Assembly (NCBI RefSeq): GCF_009834535.1
Contig: NC_045698.1
Coordinates: 2,358,001-2,422,000 of the forward strand
DNA length: 64,000 nucleotides
Direction of reading: 5' to 3'
DNA from: Camelus ferus
Taxonomy: Eukaryota
The notes under the pieces are model-generated. The model saw only the letters and a list, made by a program, of their open reading frames with translations. It ran no database searches and had not been told where the DNA came from. The stretch's first letter is position 1. Each line of letters begins with the position of its first letter. The translations under genes and the position numbers were made by a program. Shown here one piece after another: positions 25,340 through 38,401 of the stretch.

Positions 25340-25720
25340 GAAAATGGAGCGCTTTAAAGGACATTGTGGAGACGACTGAGGACGTGTGAATGTGACCTGC
25401 ACTGAGTGATGCTGCCGACCTTGGCTGTGCTGGTGGCGGCGGCCCACTGCAGTCTAGGGGCATGTCTGATGAAGGAATTAAGTGTCGTGATGTCTACAGC
25501 TTAGTTTCCAGTGCTTCAGAGAAAAAGTGTGTGAGTGTGTGTGTGTGAGACAGGGACAGAGACAGAAAGACGGAGAAACGACAAGCAGACAGGAAAGGTG
25601 CAAATGGGACTCCACACAGCAGCTGATGAATCCAGGTGAAACGTATACGAATGTTCATTGTGTTATTTACTTATTTATCTTTAATTCTCGTAGGTTTGAA
25701 GTTTTTCAAAATGAACAAGT
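25340..25720 (+). mobile_element. Old L1 (L1MC4/L1ME-type) 3' end
   Basis: gtgtcgtgatgtctacagcttagtttcca...gaatccaggtgaaacgtatacgaatgttcattgtgttatt...taggtttgaagtttttcaaaatgaa. Confidence 0.65.
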
Positions 25721-27469
25721 CAGAGGAACGTTTGCCTCTCACAACAAAAAGCCGCAGAGGGCGTCCGCTCCCGGCGGTCCGCCCCTGGCGGCACCGCAAG
25801 GCCGTTGGGGACACCCCTTCACTGCTTCACAACGGGGGCTCTTCCTCCCTTGTTAATTCAAGCAGATGCAAGTCAGTGAAATACGCTCTGAAGTCAAATG
25901 TGAGGCCCGGACGGTTTAGAATTCAGTCCAGTGCGCACAGGTCCCGGGGACCCCCGCCCCACGGGGCTCTGACACAGACCCTACTGTGTTTCCAGCAGAA
26001 TCACGAGGTCTCTGTGGCTCATGGGGAGACAGTCCGCGTGTGTCTCAGACTCTCAGGTGTGCCCCCCATGAAACCCGCCCCTGGAGCCCAGGCTGGAGCA
26101 GCAGCGCCTCCTACTGTTGCTGGCACACGGGGAGCCTGGGGTCCCCTAAGCTTCCCAGTGGGTGTGACAGGCCCCCTGAGGACCCGCCTGCCTGTGCCCA
26201 GACCGGCCTTCCTAGAATTGAGGCAAATCTCCCAGGAACCTGGCTCTCTGGGGCCAAGGGCAGGACTGGGCTGGGATAACGGATTTTGGGCTGAGGTCGG
26301 GGTCCCTCAGCCCCCATTCTGAAGGCCTTGAGCTGCCATGACTTGGGATCAAAAGCAGGACCAGTGGTCAGGGCATCCACCCACCTGCATGAAGGGGCCG
26401 CCACCCTCAGAGCCTGAGCTGGAGGCAGAGAGAGCAGGGCTGAGCGAGGGGGCACCTAGGGGGGTCCCCGCAGGAGGTCGGAGCTCTAGGCTGGTTTTAC
26501 CCTGTCCTCTCTTATCAGCGCGGCTCCGAGGTTCTGTGTCAGCTCAGCTCTCCTCCCAGTGCGCTTTTCCTAAACTTCAGCCTCAGTATTTAGGGGGAAA
26601 AACGGTAAAACAGTGAATACTGAAACATCACATTTCCTTAATTCTAAGGTGCTGACGACTGTAGTGCGCACCAGTAACTTAGTAATGACTTTTCTGGAAT
26701 TCACCTGACGTTTGACGCAACAGTACTTCCCGGGTGACTTCAGAATTGCTGTTAAAAAGCACACCAACCCCAGGAAATCTGGTGAGTTTGGGAAACACTG
26801 GGTTAAATTAGGTGAGCGCGTCTTTCCTGCAGAACGACCCGAAGCCTGTGCGTGCTCAGCGTCACTGCCGTTTCCGCGAGGACGGCCAGCAGTTTGTCAG
26901 ACTCACGTCAGCAGGCGTGGGGCGCTCCTGGAGATCGGTCACTCCATCAGCAGTCCCGGCCGGGTCCCTGCCTGTCCCGTGTCTGCTGCTTGTGAGCTGC
27001 TGCACCCCAGGAGCGGGCGTCCGAGCCTCCAACAGCCGAATCCCAGCGCTCCTCTCTGCTGGGAAAGCTGTTGGGTTCCTCGCTTTCCTTAGGGAACCTC
27101 CGGTGCAAACCGGCCACGAGGGAGATTCAGCATTGCGCAGCCACTCAGGTGCCCCCCCGGTGCCGAGCCTGGGCAGGGGATTGTGCCTCATGTTCTCCTG
27201 CCTCCAGGCTCCTGTGTCCCCGTCTCCTCTCAGGGCCTCCTCTGCCGGTGGGCTTCCAGCGTCCAGGGCTCTCCCAGCCCTGCCCCTGAGTTCTTCCACG
27301 TCCTGTTTCTGGGACTTCCTGAAGAGTCGAAACGTCCTCAAAGGTGGAGCCACCACTGCAGGTGACGCCCACAGCGAAGCAGTGTCCTGGTGCCGCACTC
27401 TCATGCCGCGGGGACCCGCATCGCAGGTGCACACGCACAGGCTCGCGGAGGGGTTATTAGGGACACGGG

Positions 27470-27680
27470 AGCTACTGACTGATGCATTTATCCAGCAAAT
27501 CTTCACCAAACATCTTCTCTGTGCCAGGATTCTTCTAGGCTCAGAGACTCAACATGGACCCAATAGAATGGGCATCTTATGTTCCAGTGGTAGGAAGCGA
27601 TCAGGACGTTCACGTGAAACACAGAGGGTATTGGCAGGTGCAAAGGAGAAAACGGAAGTTGGGCAGGAGGGGTGGGGAGA
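27470..27680 (-). mobile_element. L2 3' end fragment
   Basis: catttatccagcaaatcttcaccaaacatcttctctgtgccaggattcttctaggc = antisense L2 terminus. Confidence 0.65.
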
Positions 27681-29359
27681 GTGGGGGGGAGGAGCCTCCT
27701 CATCCCTGCCATCACAGTGCAAACCGAGACCGTGCTGAGGACAGGGCTTCCTGCACGGCCTGGGGGCCGGAGGGGCCTCACAGAACAGCAGGCGACCAAG
27801 CCCTGCAGGTGGGACCCTCCGCACTCTGAGACCCCTTCTGCAGAACTTCCCTGGGGTGAGGGGGAGTCGGGCAGGATATGGGGATCTGGATCGGGATGAG
27901 CTGGGGCCCCCTAGCTGGGTGTGGTGAATGCAATGTGGTCGGTGAACAGGGCGTCGTGTAGTGACTCAGTTAGTGGGCAGGTGCTGGACCCCAGTGAGGC
28001 CCCTGCACCGTTAGGGGAGTGAGGATCTTAGAACGAGGGACCAGCTCGCTGCCCGGGTGCTGCAGGGGTCCCTCTGGAAGGCGGGTCTGAAGTGCGGGGT
28101 GCCAGACATCCTTGCTCGTCCTTGTGCACAGTTGTGAGTGGCAGGGATTCAGGTCCTCTCCACGCTCGTTCTGAACAGGAACTCTTGCCCTTCCAGAATG
28201 TTCTTTCTCATGAAGCGGTTTCCACTGTGAATGCAGGATACTTTTTCTTCTTTCTCTCTCTTTCTTTTTAAAAGTGAAAATGAACCAAAGCAGAGTTTAC
28301 CAGAATTCATTCATGGAGCACAGACGCATTGCGTCGCCACGGGCAGCAAGCACACCTGTGTGTGACACACGTGGTTGCGGATTCCAAACACCAGAGACAA
28401 AAACCAGATTCAGATCAGCCGTGCGACATCATCTATCTCCTCTCTCTGTAGAAAGGTGATGTTAGTAAATCGCTGCCATAAGAAGCAGCAATAAAAATGC
28501 GGAGAAGCAGTGTCGGCCGCTGACTAATACAATCTGCTACCGTCTTGGGTTTTGTGGTCTATGTGGTCTGCAAATTTTTTCAATGTGTAATTTGTTTCAT
28601 GTTCTTATTCTAAACAAACATCCACTTTTGTGCCTAATTTTTTGGGTAATTTTGTATTCTTCTCTTTAAAAAGCCTCCGTTTCTCTCCCCTCCCCCACCC
28701 TGTGTGAGCTCTGTCCCCAGAAACTGGCTCTGTCCCCGCGGGCAGGGGTCCAGGGATGAGCTCTCCAGAGACAGGGGAGATAGTGCGGAGTGCGGACTGC
28801 CAGGCAGGGGGCGTGCCGAGTGAATGGACGGTGCACGCAGCCTGGGGGAGCCCTGGTCACGATTCGGGCTTCCACTAGAGAGAAATGGGGGTCCCTGGGG
28901 GCGCTGGATCAGAGGGTTATCTTGGTCACACTCACACTTTCTGGGTTGATTCCAGCTGCCGTGGGAGCCTAGGGTTTCCACAGGCTGCACCCAAGGGTGT
29001 TCAGATTGGTGCAGAGTTACTGGAACATCTCCCCACCCCCAAGCCAGGGGGACCTAGACCACATTTGATAACAATATGGAAACGACTTTGAAACGCCTTT
29101 CTCCGGGAAAGTAGACGCAGATTTGGCCAAAAGACAACCGGAAGGCAGCATCAATGCTCCCAAATTGGCGAGGAAGCGTTGCCCACCCCGCCCGCCAGGC
29201 TCCGGGACCCTCCTAGATGCTGACCCGGGGCGGGGATCACAGCACCCGCTCAGGACTGAAGGGGCAGCGCCTTCCGCCATGAATGCACGCGCATGGAACT
29301 GAATGCGTGCTGCCTGCCGTCCAGGCAGTCTTGGGACCCCGAACACTTTTGTTCTAAAT

Positions 29360-29900
29360 TAAAGTTTTGACTTGGTTTTGAGGTAATTGTGGAATGACCT
29401 GTACTAGTGGGAAATAATACAGAGACAGCCCCCGTGCCTGGTTTCCCTCAACGATAAGCTTCTTGCAAAACCACAGCATAAAAATCACAGCAGACATCCA
29501 CGTTGCTAGAACCCTGGTCCTGTCCAACTAAAATTTTGCTTACACTCTTGTGTCTTCGTTTACCTGTCTGGTGTTACCACTGTGCAAGTTCAGGTGTGGA
29601 CCGCCCCGACCAGGATGTTCCCACTCCGTCACCCCCGGGACTCCACAGGATGCGCTGCCCTCTCCCGGCCACACCACTCCCTCCTGCCCCGCCCTCCTTC
29701 ACCCCTGGAAGCAAGCAGTCTGTTCCCGATTTCCAGAATTCTCAAATAATGTTATCTAAATGGATGTGCACAGTTCGTAACCTTTGGGGTCTGGCTTTCC
29801 TCACTCGGCATGAATCCCCTGAGATTCTCGCAGGCTGGCTTGTGTGTTGACAGTTCACTCCTTTTTCATTCTGGGTAACGTCCCGGGGGTGAGTGGGAGA
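29360..29900 (-). mobile_element. Old L1 (L1MC/L1MD-type) 3' UTR
   Basis: ttttgaggtaattgt...gaaataatacagaga...tcttgcaaaacc...aatgttatctaaatgga...aacctttggggtctggctttcctcactcggcatgaatcccctgaga. Confidence 0.7.
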
Positions 29901-32470
29901 GGCACTTTCTAAAACACGGTTCTCGTTATCACAGTCCCTGAGAAGAGATTCAAAGGGCGGATCCCCAGCACGTCCTGAGTGACTTCAGGGTCCCTGGGGT
30001 AAATGTACACCATTGCAGGAGCTGTTACTGATGTGGCTGTACAGCTGGTGGGGCTCACGTAGAAAAGTGAAGGGAACCCCATGCAACCCAGCCAGCGCCC
30101 CAGCTCAGCGAGGGGGTCACTGGGAGGAGTGGGTACCACTCCAGCTGCTGGCCATTTGGGCCCCTGGGGCTGACTCGGGGCGGATGATACTGGGGAGGTG
30201 GCCTTGGGCTCCCCTGGGGACCAGGCAGCGGTCCTGCTGCTCCCACAGCTCAGGGAGGCCAGGATGCTGTGTTCCCTGCAGAACGTAAGGCACATTGTGT
30301 GGAACGGGAGGCCCCAGAGGGACTGGGGGGCAGTGCCTCCCTGCAGGGCGTGTGAGCCTGGGATAACTTCCTGCCGGTTTACCCCACTGCAGTGGGGACA
30401 GCACCCTCCGCTCTGAGAATAAATTGGTTAATTTTGCAGAGTGCTCTGAAAACGCCAAGAGCTGTAAAATGCTCACGAGGCGAGAAGCCCCCTGTGCTTG
30501 ACAAGGAAGAGGTGCAGAGGGGCCGGTCGCATGTGGTTTGCATAGTAAATTTCATGATTGCTTTTGGAAATTATGCCTTCTTATTTATACGTCTTGTCAA
30601 ATAAACAAATTGAATGGAATCACCAGAAGGCCCTAAATATTGTCTTTATTGCCTAGAACTGTCTTTAGAGAGATCTTGGTAGAGGACTGGGGAGCCTTCA
30701 GATGGGGCAGCCTGGGAGGAAAAGGGACGTGGGGTCTAATTCCTGTGATTGTCACGAGCATCTATTTATTTGCTCAGGGAGGCGAAGGGGGGACCATCTC
30801 ATTTAGACTTATTAAAGGGTCCAAAAGTATAACACTCTTCAAAAGGGTCACTATAAATATGCCACATACAGTATTTCATAGAGTTTATGGGAAAGGAAAT
30901 TGAAATTGACTAAAAATAGAATTGAATCTTGTCCAAACAATATTGGATACACCAAATGGGTGTTTTTGTTATTACATCTAACAGACTGATATTCTGAGCA
31001 CATTTTTATAAAACTTTAGTTTGTTTTCATAAATTTGGGACATTCCTGCAACTCTTAGTTTTCTTAGAATTATCAGCCAGTGTGACAGTATCTTAAAAAA
31101 TGAAAATAAAAGGTTCATTTGTGGCAGGGTTGCCCCCTCCTCTGGTCCGTTCCTCTCTGGTCACTGGCGCAGCTCCTGAGATCTCAGGGGACCTGGGCAG
31201 GTCAAGGGGTCAGAGGAAAAATCCTGGCTGGTCTGCCTGCATCCTGAGTCTGCGAACAGAAATAGTCCCAACTCTTGAAACCCCTTACCCCAGTTTACAG
31301 TGCAGACGTGTGCCCTGGGGGCCCCACTGCTGCCTTGAGACTAGGAGGGTGGTGACTTCCAGGAAGGAGAGAGAGGCTGAGAGACTCGCCGAGATGTGGT
31401 CCTGGCACCGTCACGGTCACGCTTCAGATTCCGTTACAGGAGGAGAGTTAAGCCTCCTTCTGTGGAAGGTGCTCTTTGTAGGGTTTTGTTACCTGCTGCC
31501 AAATGCATTATCTTTGGTTTCTTCACCCACTGGGACAATTAGGGGGGAAACAGAACAGTCAGGAATTGTTCTATAACAGCACAGCTGAACTTCAGAGTGG
31601 AGACGTTCTAGGGTGCCCAAACCCCACCTGGATGCTTGCACCCGGACAGGTGAGTGGAAGGGGGAGGTATGTGGCCTCACACGTGTGCTTCCAAGGTGAT
31701 GCCGAAAATCTGAGCATCAGCCCCACCGTGGCTGAGAACGGCCCTTTGCAGGGCGGCTCGGCTCTGCTTTCTTAGTAGGTAAGAAAGGGACCTGGTTTTC
31801 TTTGTTTGTAGGGCCCTCCACCACGTAGCGCCCTCAGACAGGAGCACTGCGCAGGCTCTCTGTAGCAGGACACATCTCCTCCAAGGTCCTTGGTGTGCTG
31901 ACGTAAATTAGCTTAATTTCTGTTACTTGAAGATGTGCACAAATCAAACAAGTGTACCCTGTACACTTGCCATGATATATACACAATTGAAAATTAGACG
32001 CAAGGAAAGATTACTGTCAGTCATATTTACGTTGATAACATCAAATGATGCTGTTTGGTTTAAATTAAGTTGCTGCTCTCCGTGTGAACACCGTTTAGAC
32101 CTCCAGGGCTCTGTTTCCTTTGCGTTAAGCATACTCTGGGTTATGTGGTGACAAAACTCCTCATCGCTGTCTTCTCCTTGAAGCACGGAGACATAGCCCT
32201 TCGGTCACCGCGGTGTCAGATGGACCTGGCTTGGCACAAAAGAATGACTTGTTAATAAATTCCAATTCATTATTTCTTATTAGCAGGCTACAACCAAGGT
32301 CAATTCATCCATAAAGCAGAGCTCCTATAGGTCCTTACGCTTTTAATTGTCATTAAAGCTAAAATGCAAAATTAAAAACATCTTGCAACGGGACAGATGC
32401 GTGGGTTTCCGAGAGTGTGTCGAGTCCTCCTGGTCCGGAGGACGTGCTCCTCAGGAAATAATAAACTGTT

Positions 32471-32589
32471 GGGGGGAGGGTATAGCTCGGTGCTAGAGCG
32501 TGTGCTTAGCATGCATGAGGTCCTGGGTTCGATCCCCAGCTGCTCCATTAAAATAAATAAATAAACCTAAAAAACAAACAAACAAAAAA
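32471..32589 (+). mobile_element. vic-1-type SINE
   Basis: GGGGGGAGGGTATAGCTCGGTGCTAGAGCG...GGTTCGATCCCC plus A-rich tail; TSD gaaataataaact (32455) / gaaacaataaact (32590). Confidence 0.92.
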
Positions 32590-33701
32590 GAAACAATAAA
32601 CTTTCTGGAGCCTTTGAGTCAGAGCATCTAACGACCAGCTTTTCTGAAGAGTATGCAGCTGTGAACTCGAGTTGGTTGAGATGTCCTTGTGGGGATGTAC
32701 TTTTAGGACACTGATAGGGAAGTGGCTTAAGAATATTATATTATGTCATATCAGTGGTGCTAAGTTCCCTTGCTTGGTCAGCTCTCCCGGTGTGCTGAGT
32801 CAGGGATGATTCAGTGATGATTCATCACCAAGCATCTCCTCACAAACAAATTCAACTGCTTTTTCTTTTTTAAATAAATGAGAACATTGAAACACAGGTC
32901 AAATTCAACTGTTTTTAATCTTCCGTTCAAAGAAATCTTACTGTCCTCAAAATATTCAATTGACTTTTTTTTTGGAATGTATCATGCAATGTTATGGTTT
33001 GAAATTTTAAAAAATAAGTGAAAGGGCACTTGGGGAAAAAAATAAAATCCCCCTTTGACTCTCGCAGGCTGGACATCATTCCTTGTCCAACAAGCGATGT
33101 TACGTGGTTTCGTGCGTCATCCGAGGAATTTGTTTTTTAACGTACAATCCTGTTCAAATGCTTTTGCACACGTGGTGATGCACTGCTGGTGCAGACCAAG
33201 CACGGTTCTGCACCTCTGTGTTCTCGCTTTTTTTAAGTTCCTATGTAACTGTGTGCCCTCATGTCGATATAGGGACCATATATTCATAAATGTAAACTGT
33301 ACAGTTTAAATACTCTCGTCTCGAGTAATAATGTTGATGCTCACCATCCCAGGATCATCTCGGTTATTCTCAGTAGATTCCTAAACATGACTTGATGTGG
33401 GTTTGGGACTTAAGAACAGGCCCCCCTGGAAACTGGGAAACCAGTGATTATCAGAGAAGTCTGAACACTTCTCCCACCCATGCTTGTCCAAATAGTCGCT
33501 TGTTTGGTGTGATTCTGGACCTTCATGCGAGGAGGACAAACGGAATCTGGACAAGGTTGCCCCGAGCCACAGCCCGCAGCTCCGCGGCAGCTCCCTGGGG
33601 ACAGTGGAGGGGGAGACACAGTGCCCTCCCAGCCCCACCTGCAAATGCGTTTCTCCTGTCCGTTGCTCCCTGTCTTAAATATGCTGTTTGTCTCACTTTC
33701 T

Positions 33702-33753
33702 TTTTTCTTTTTTTTAATTGAAGTATGGTCGGTTATACTGCGTCAATTTCTGG
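33702..33753 (-). mobile_element. Extremely truncated L1 (~50 bp, tail plus terminus)
   Basis: T tract + aattgaagtatggtcggtta...gtcaatttctgg, like the L1 end at 6962; perfect 13-bp TSD tgtctcactttct at 33689-33701 and 33754-33766. Confidence 0.85.
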
Positions 33754-33959
33754 TGTCTCACTTTCTGAATTGCTGGTTTAATTTGGTTCATTTGTCAGGT
33801 CTAACCCAGTGAAGGTTCCCAGTTTCCCCTACAGAGAAAGCCAGTCCCTGGGGTGGGCTGCTGGGGCTTGCCCTTCCTCTCCATCTCTCCTTTTACCATC
33901 TCAGTCCTGTCCTCCCCCCGGGGTCATTCTGCTCTGCTCTGCTCTGCTCTGCCCCTTAG

Positions 33960-34306
33960 GGTTTCAGACACACCCAGCCTCTCCACCTGCTCTGTTGGTG
34001 CTGGCTGCCCCACCCCCACCTCTCTGCAGGGCTCATCCCCGCCCCCTCATCCTTCCTCAAACACCACCTTCTCCAGGAAGTCTGCCCAGACCACCCTCCT
34101 CCCACCAGCTTGTCCTGACAGTCTCGGCTTCTCTTGTATTTTTGCACTGCACACAGAGATGATTTGCTCATCTGTATGTTTATTTTTTGCGGGTGACCTC
34201 TCCCACCCAGAATGCACCCCCCCTGGAGAGAGGGATCGGGGAGCCTTGCTAATCCTGTTCCCTGATGGACCCCAAGTACCTTAAGACAAACGTCTTTGCC
34301 AAATGA
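33960..34306 (+). mobile_element. L2 3' region
   Basis: ctcaaacaccaccttctccaggaagtctgcccagaccacc...cccagaatgcacccccctggagagaggga. Confidence 0.6.
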
Positions 34307-35469
34307 CCGTGCACATGGGAGGGTGTCTGGGCAAGAGGACAGTGGCCAGGGCACCCCTGACAGAGGCCGGAGCTGGCGGGGCCCCCCTGCCTGCACAGCC
34401 CCCCTTCCCCAGGTGAGCGATGACGGGGTACCCCGGGCCATTTGCTCCCCGTCTGCCAGGTCTCCTCTCAACCTCACTGTTGTAAATTATAAAACAAACT
34501 CTTAGCGGGAGAGACCATAAAACCAGGACTGTTGTCTTCAGACAGGAAGGAGGTTCTGGAGCGGAGGAGGGAAGCCGTGTGACTGAGAACAGGGCTTCCT
34601 TCCACTGTGTGCGGAACCTCACCTGCTTGAAGGTGGCGTCTGCACATGTCACTCCTGAGCTGTTAGAAGTTTCCTCTTTGTTAAATTATTTAGAGCTTCG
34701 GGGGACTGCCAATCAGGACGGGATGAAAGCTGAATATTCCGTTCTTGGTCCTGCTGATCTGCTGCTAACATATTTTCAATAATAAAATATCTTCTGGAAG
34801 CACAGTTTCAATAGAAAAAAAATTAGTATTTGATCAGATTAATTCCGTTGCGTGTGGCTCACCCCAGATCGAGCAAGAGTTAGTTAGACTTTCGTCCTGG
34901 TCACTGTGAAAGAAAATTCTCCCAGAGTGGACTCAAGGCTCACATGCGTCTTCTTTCTCTGCTGTTTCCTTGTTTGTCTCTCGCCCGTTTAAGGTGAAAT
35001 GCACTTCCTAGTACATCAATGACTGTATAATTAATTTGAGGTTAGAATTATTAGAAAAATCATTAGGAAACTTTAAACAGCTTGTAACAATCTTGGGAAA
35101 GCATTTACGGGTAAATCTTGTCTTAGCGTCATCTTGTCTTTTGAACCTGTGACTTCAGGACGAGGAAATAAGCCCAACCGAACACCACTGACAGCGCCAC
35201 AGGGAGCCGAGGGCACACGCCCCGTCGGCCGTGACGAGCTGCTTTTTCTGAGGCTGACGGTGCGGCCCTGTGTGTAGTGCTTTCCTAACCAGAATTTCTC
35301 AGTGTCCGGGATTCCTGTCGTGCTAGAATCTGGTGGCTTATTCTACATTCCCAGCTCGTTCTGAGCAGAGACTCTGCTGGTTGCTCAGCCACCTTCCACG
35401 AGAGCTCCGTCTGAGGAAGGATGCCAGGAGTTACCATGTGCTGAAGGCTAATGATGGCCTTGGCCTGGG

Positions 35470-35665
35470 CTAAGCTCTTTCCATAGAGCATCTCACTTCA
35501 TTCTCACAACAGTAAAAGAACTTGGGTGTTATTACCAAGGGTTTAGAGACGGGAAACAAAGTCTCAAATAGACCAACGCAGACCCAGGACCCACCATTAC
35601 TCAACAGACGAGACCTAAAATTAGAGATGTCTGATGCAAAAAGGCTTCATTCTAAATGCCACGCG
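35470..35665 (-). mobile_element. MIR fragment
   Basis: atctcacttcattctcacaaca...ttagagacgggaaacaaagtctca. Confidence 0.6.
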
Positions 35666-35759
35666 CTTGGCCGAGAAGCCCAGAGGTGGCGGGGCTGATG
35701 GGGACGGGGCGTTGGTTAACTACACGCCCGCTACAGAGGACGCTGCAAGGGAAGCTGGG

Positions 35760-35890
35760 AGGAGATGATTATAATAACTTCCATTTTTGGATGAGAAGGC
35801 AGAGGCTCAGAGACGCTGAGGGATGTCCTCCGGCTCAGGCAGCCAGTGTGCCACCCGGTGGGACCCGAGCCCAGAGCTGCTCTGCGTCCC
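35760..35890 (-). mobile_element. MIR fragment
   Basis: ccatttttggatgagaaggcagaggctcagagacgctgag. Confidence 0.6.
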
Positions 35891-35959
35891 CTTCTGCGGG
35901 CGCTCCACGTCCTCCCCGAGACCCCGGCCCCACACTGAGGTTCTAACTCTTGAGTGTGA

Positions 35960-36201
35960 TGAGGGCAGAGCTCACTGGTAGGGCGCATGTTTGGTGCGCA
36001 CGAAGGTCCTGGGTTCAGTCCCCAGTGCCTCTGTTAAATGGAAAGAATTAAAATTTAGGGGGAGGGTATATCTCAAGTGGTAGAGGGCAGGCTTAGTGTG
36101 TGTGAGGTCCTGGGTTCAGTCCCGAGCGCTTACTCTAAGAATAAATCAAACAAGCCTAAACCTTATTGCCCACCCCCACAAAAACAAACAAGCAAAAACA
36201 G
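35960..36201 (+). mobile_element. Two vic-1-type SINE heads in tandem (about 35960-36035 and 36058-36136) with one tail
   Basis: Two A-box/B-box heads; outer TSD ctaactcttgagtgtga (35943-35959) / ctaactcatgaatgtga (36202-36218). Confidence 0.88.
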
Positions 36202-37317
36202 CTAACTCATGAATGTGACGCCTTTGTCTCTAAACCACAAAATGCGCTCAGTACCTCCCATGTGCTGGGGAGGCAGGGAAGGAGTTACAGAGCTGATAAG
36301 CACATCCATCTCCTTGAGGGGGACCACGCCCTGGGGACCCCTTTCCTCACTGTGCTTTGATGTTAGGTTCCCAAGCGGCAGAACAGACTCACCACCACAC
36401 ATCAGATGCCCCACTCAGGGGCCCGGCAGGCGGCCGAGCGCTGGGCGGTCCCTTCGGAGGAGCCGCTGCCCGAGGGCTGTAGGCCCAGCCTCCGTCCACC
36501 CTCCACGCAGTGGCCCCCGAAGGTCCTCCAGCCAGGAGGTGTGAGAGCTGAGTGCCGGGCAGCGGAGACCAGATCACTGGTGGATCTGAGGCATCAGTCC
36601 CTCTGAGCTCTCTCTCCTCTGAATTGGGAAGTCAATAAATATATTTATGTTTCAGGAGCCCCAGACCGTGGCTGTCAGGCTGTCAGAGGCAGGCAGCCGT
36701 TGTGTGGAACCTGTGCGTTTCTCTGAGCCTCGGATGCTTTCCTTGGGTTTTCAGTGTCTACCGGCTCCACCTGACTGGGAGAGAAGGGGACGCCGCGCTC
36801 CATGCGGAAGCAGCTCGGCGTCCCGGTGCGGTTTGGCAGGAGACCGCTTGCGTCTGTCTTTCTCTCTGCAGCACCTGCCTCCAGGGATGTTTCTTGTCTG
36901 GTGGGGAAGCAACTCCTTTCCGCTGTCCTGACCCCCTTCCCTCCCCTGCCCTTGATACATCCCTTCCTGACTTCCTCTCAGCCTCAGAGCCACAGCAGCG
37001 GCTGCAGTCGAGGCAGAGGAGATGGGAACCCACTGAGTCCTTCTCCCTGTGATGTCTGCAGCCTCTCAGAGCCTCTCCTCCCGACTCAGAGATGACACAT
37101 CACTACCTAATCCTAGATCACTGTCTGCTTCACACTCGATTCCCCCACCAAGCCAGTGACCGACCGTCTCCCAGAGTCTGCCTGTGGGCCTGTCCGAGTG
37201 TCCAGCTGGGCTGCGGGGCCCCAGACAGCCTGGGAGCAGCGGCCCCTGACATCTTCTCCAAGTGCCCATCGCAGGGCCGCCCTCAGCCTTGGCCATTGCT
37301 CTTCCAAGTCCACTCAC

Positions 37318-37703
37318 ATTAGCACGGGCTGCCGTGGGGTGGCTGAAACAATAGGAATTTATTTCTCACACTTCTGGAGGCTGGACATCCAAGGTCAAGG
37401 TTCCAGCCAATCCGGGTTCTGGCGGGAGTGCTCCTCCTGGCCTGTCTTCTCTCTGTGTGCTCAACTACCTCTCCTCCGTGCATGTGCTTAGAGTGAGAGA
37501 GACAGACAGACAGACAGACAGAGAGGGAGAGTCCTCTGGTGTGTCCTCTTGTAAAGACGTTGACCGTGCTGAGACCCTGCCCTTATGACCTCATTTAACC
37601 TTAATTACATCCTCAGAGGCCTCATCTCCAAGTACAGTCCTGCTGCTGGGGGTTCAGACTTCAGCATATGAATTCCACAGGGGCCACAATCCAGCCCGCA
37701 ACC
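37318..37703 (-). mobile_element. MaLR solo LTR (MLT1A-like) containing a (GACA)n tract
   Basis: ggtggctgaaacaataggaatttatttctcacacttctggaggctgg...ccttatgacctcatttaaccttaattac...cttcagcatatgaatt. Confidence 0.85.
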
Positions 37704-38259
37704 AGGCCCAGGACTGTGGGGGTAAGACCGAAGGGCTTGGGAGGGGTCCAGACAGATCTGGCCGGGAGCTGTCTTGGCAGAGTTATGGACTCACTCCGAG
37801 TGGGGAGAAGATTGGAAGCAGTGATGCCTGTGTGACACTGACAGGGGTACAAGCGCAAACAGCCCCCGTGAGGAGGGCTTTTCCTCCAGCAGAGGAGTGA
37901 CACCTGTCACCTGGGTGCTGATCACAGGAGCTGAATGGGTGGGCAGGACACTTCTGGGGGTCAGACAAAATCTATGAGCTATAGACCTAAAATCCTGACC
38001 CATGAACCACACATACCTCCTTCCTGTCCTTCCAAATGGGCCTGGAGTCTAGCAGGTCCAAAGGCATCCTTCTACAAATTTAACTTGAGAAGAAAATTCA
38101 ACAGGTGTGTAAGGGTGCACGTGCAAGCAGGACTTTGAGTGAAGAGCTGAGTTCTTTACAGGGTTATGAGAGCTACATTCTGGCTAAAGCATCATTCATG
38201 GAGGTGAAGTTCACAGGGGCAGTCATTTTGCCATCCAGTCCATCAGTGCCCCCTACGCA

Positions 38260-38335
38260 CCACTGCCCAGTGCTCGAACAGCCATTCACCCATTCCGGGC
38301 ACTCAAAAATGTTTGTCCAATGAATGAATGAATGT
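38260..38335 (+). mobile_element. L2 3' terminus
   Basis: ggcactcaaaaatgtttgtccaatgaatgaatgaatg. Confidence 0.65.
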
Positions 38336-38401
38336 ATCATATAACACGTGCTTGCATTATTTCATAATATACTATGATAAACAAAATCAGAACCAAATCT
38401 C

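Noticed and set aside
26812..27738. Longest ORF (308 aa, +)
   Set aside because: GTG start, low-complexity GC-driven composition, runs through an antisense L2 remnant, overlapped by an opposite-strand ORF, no recognisable domain
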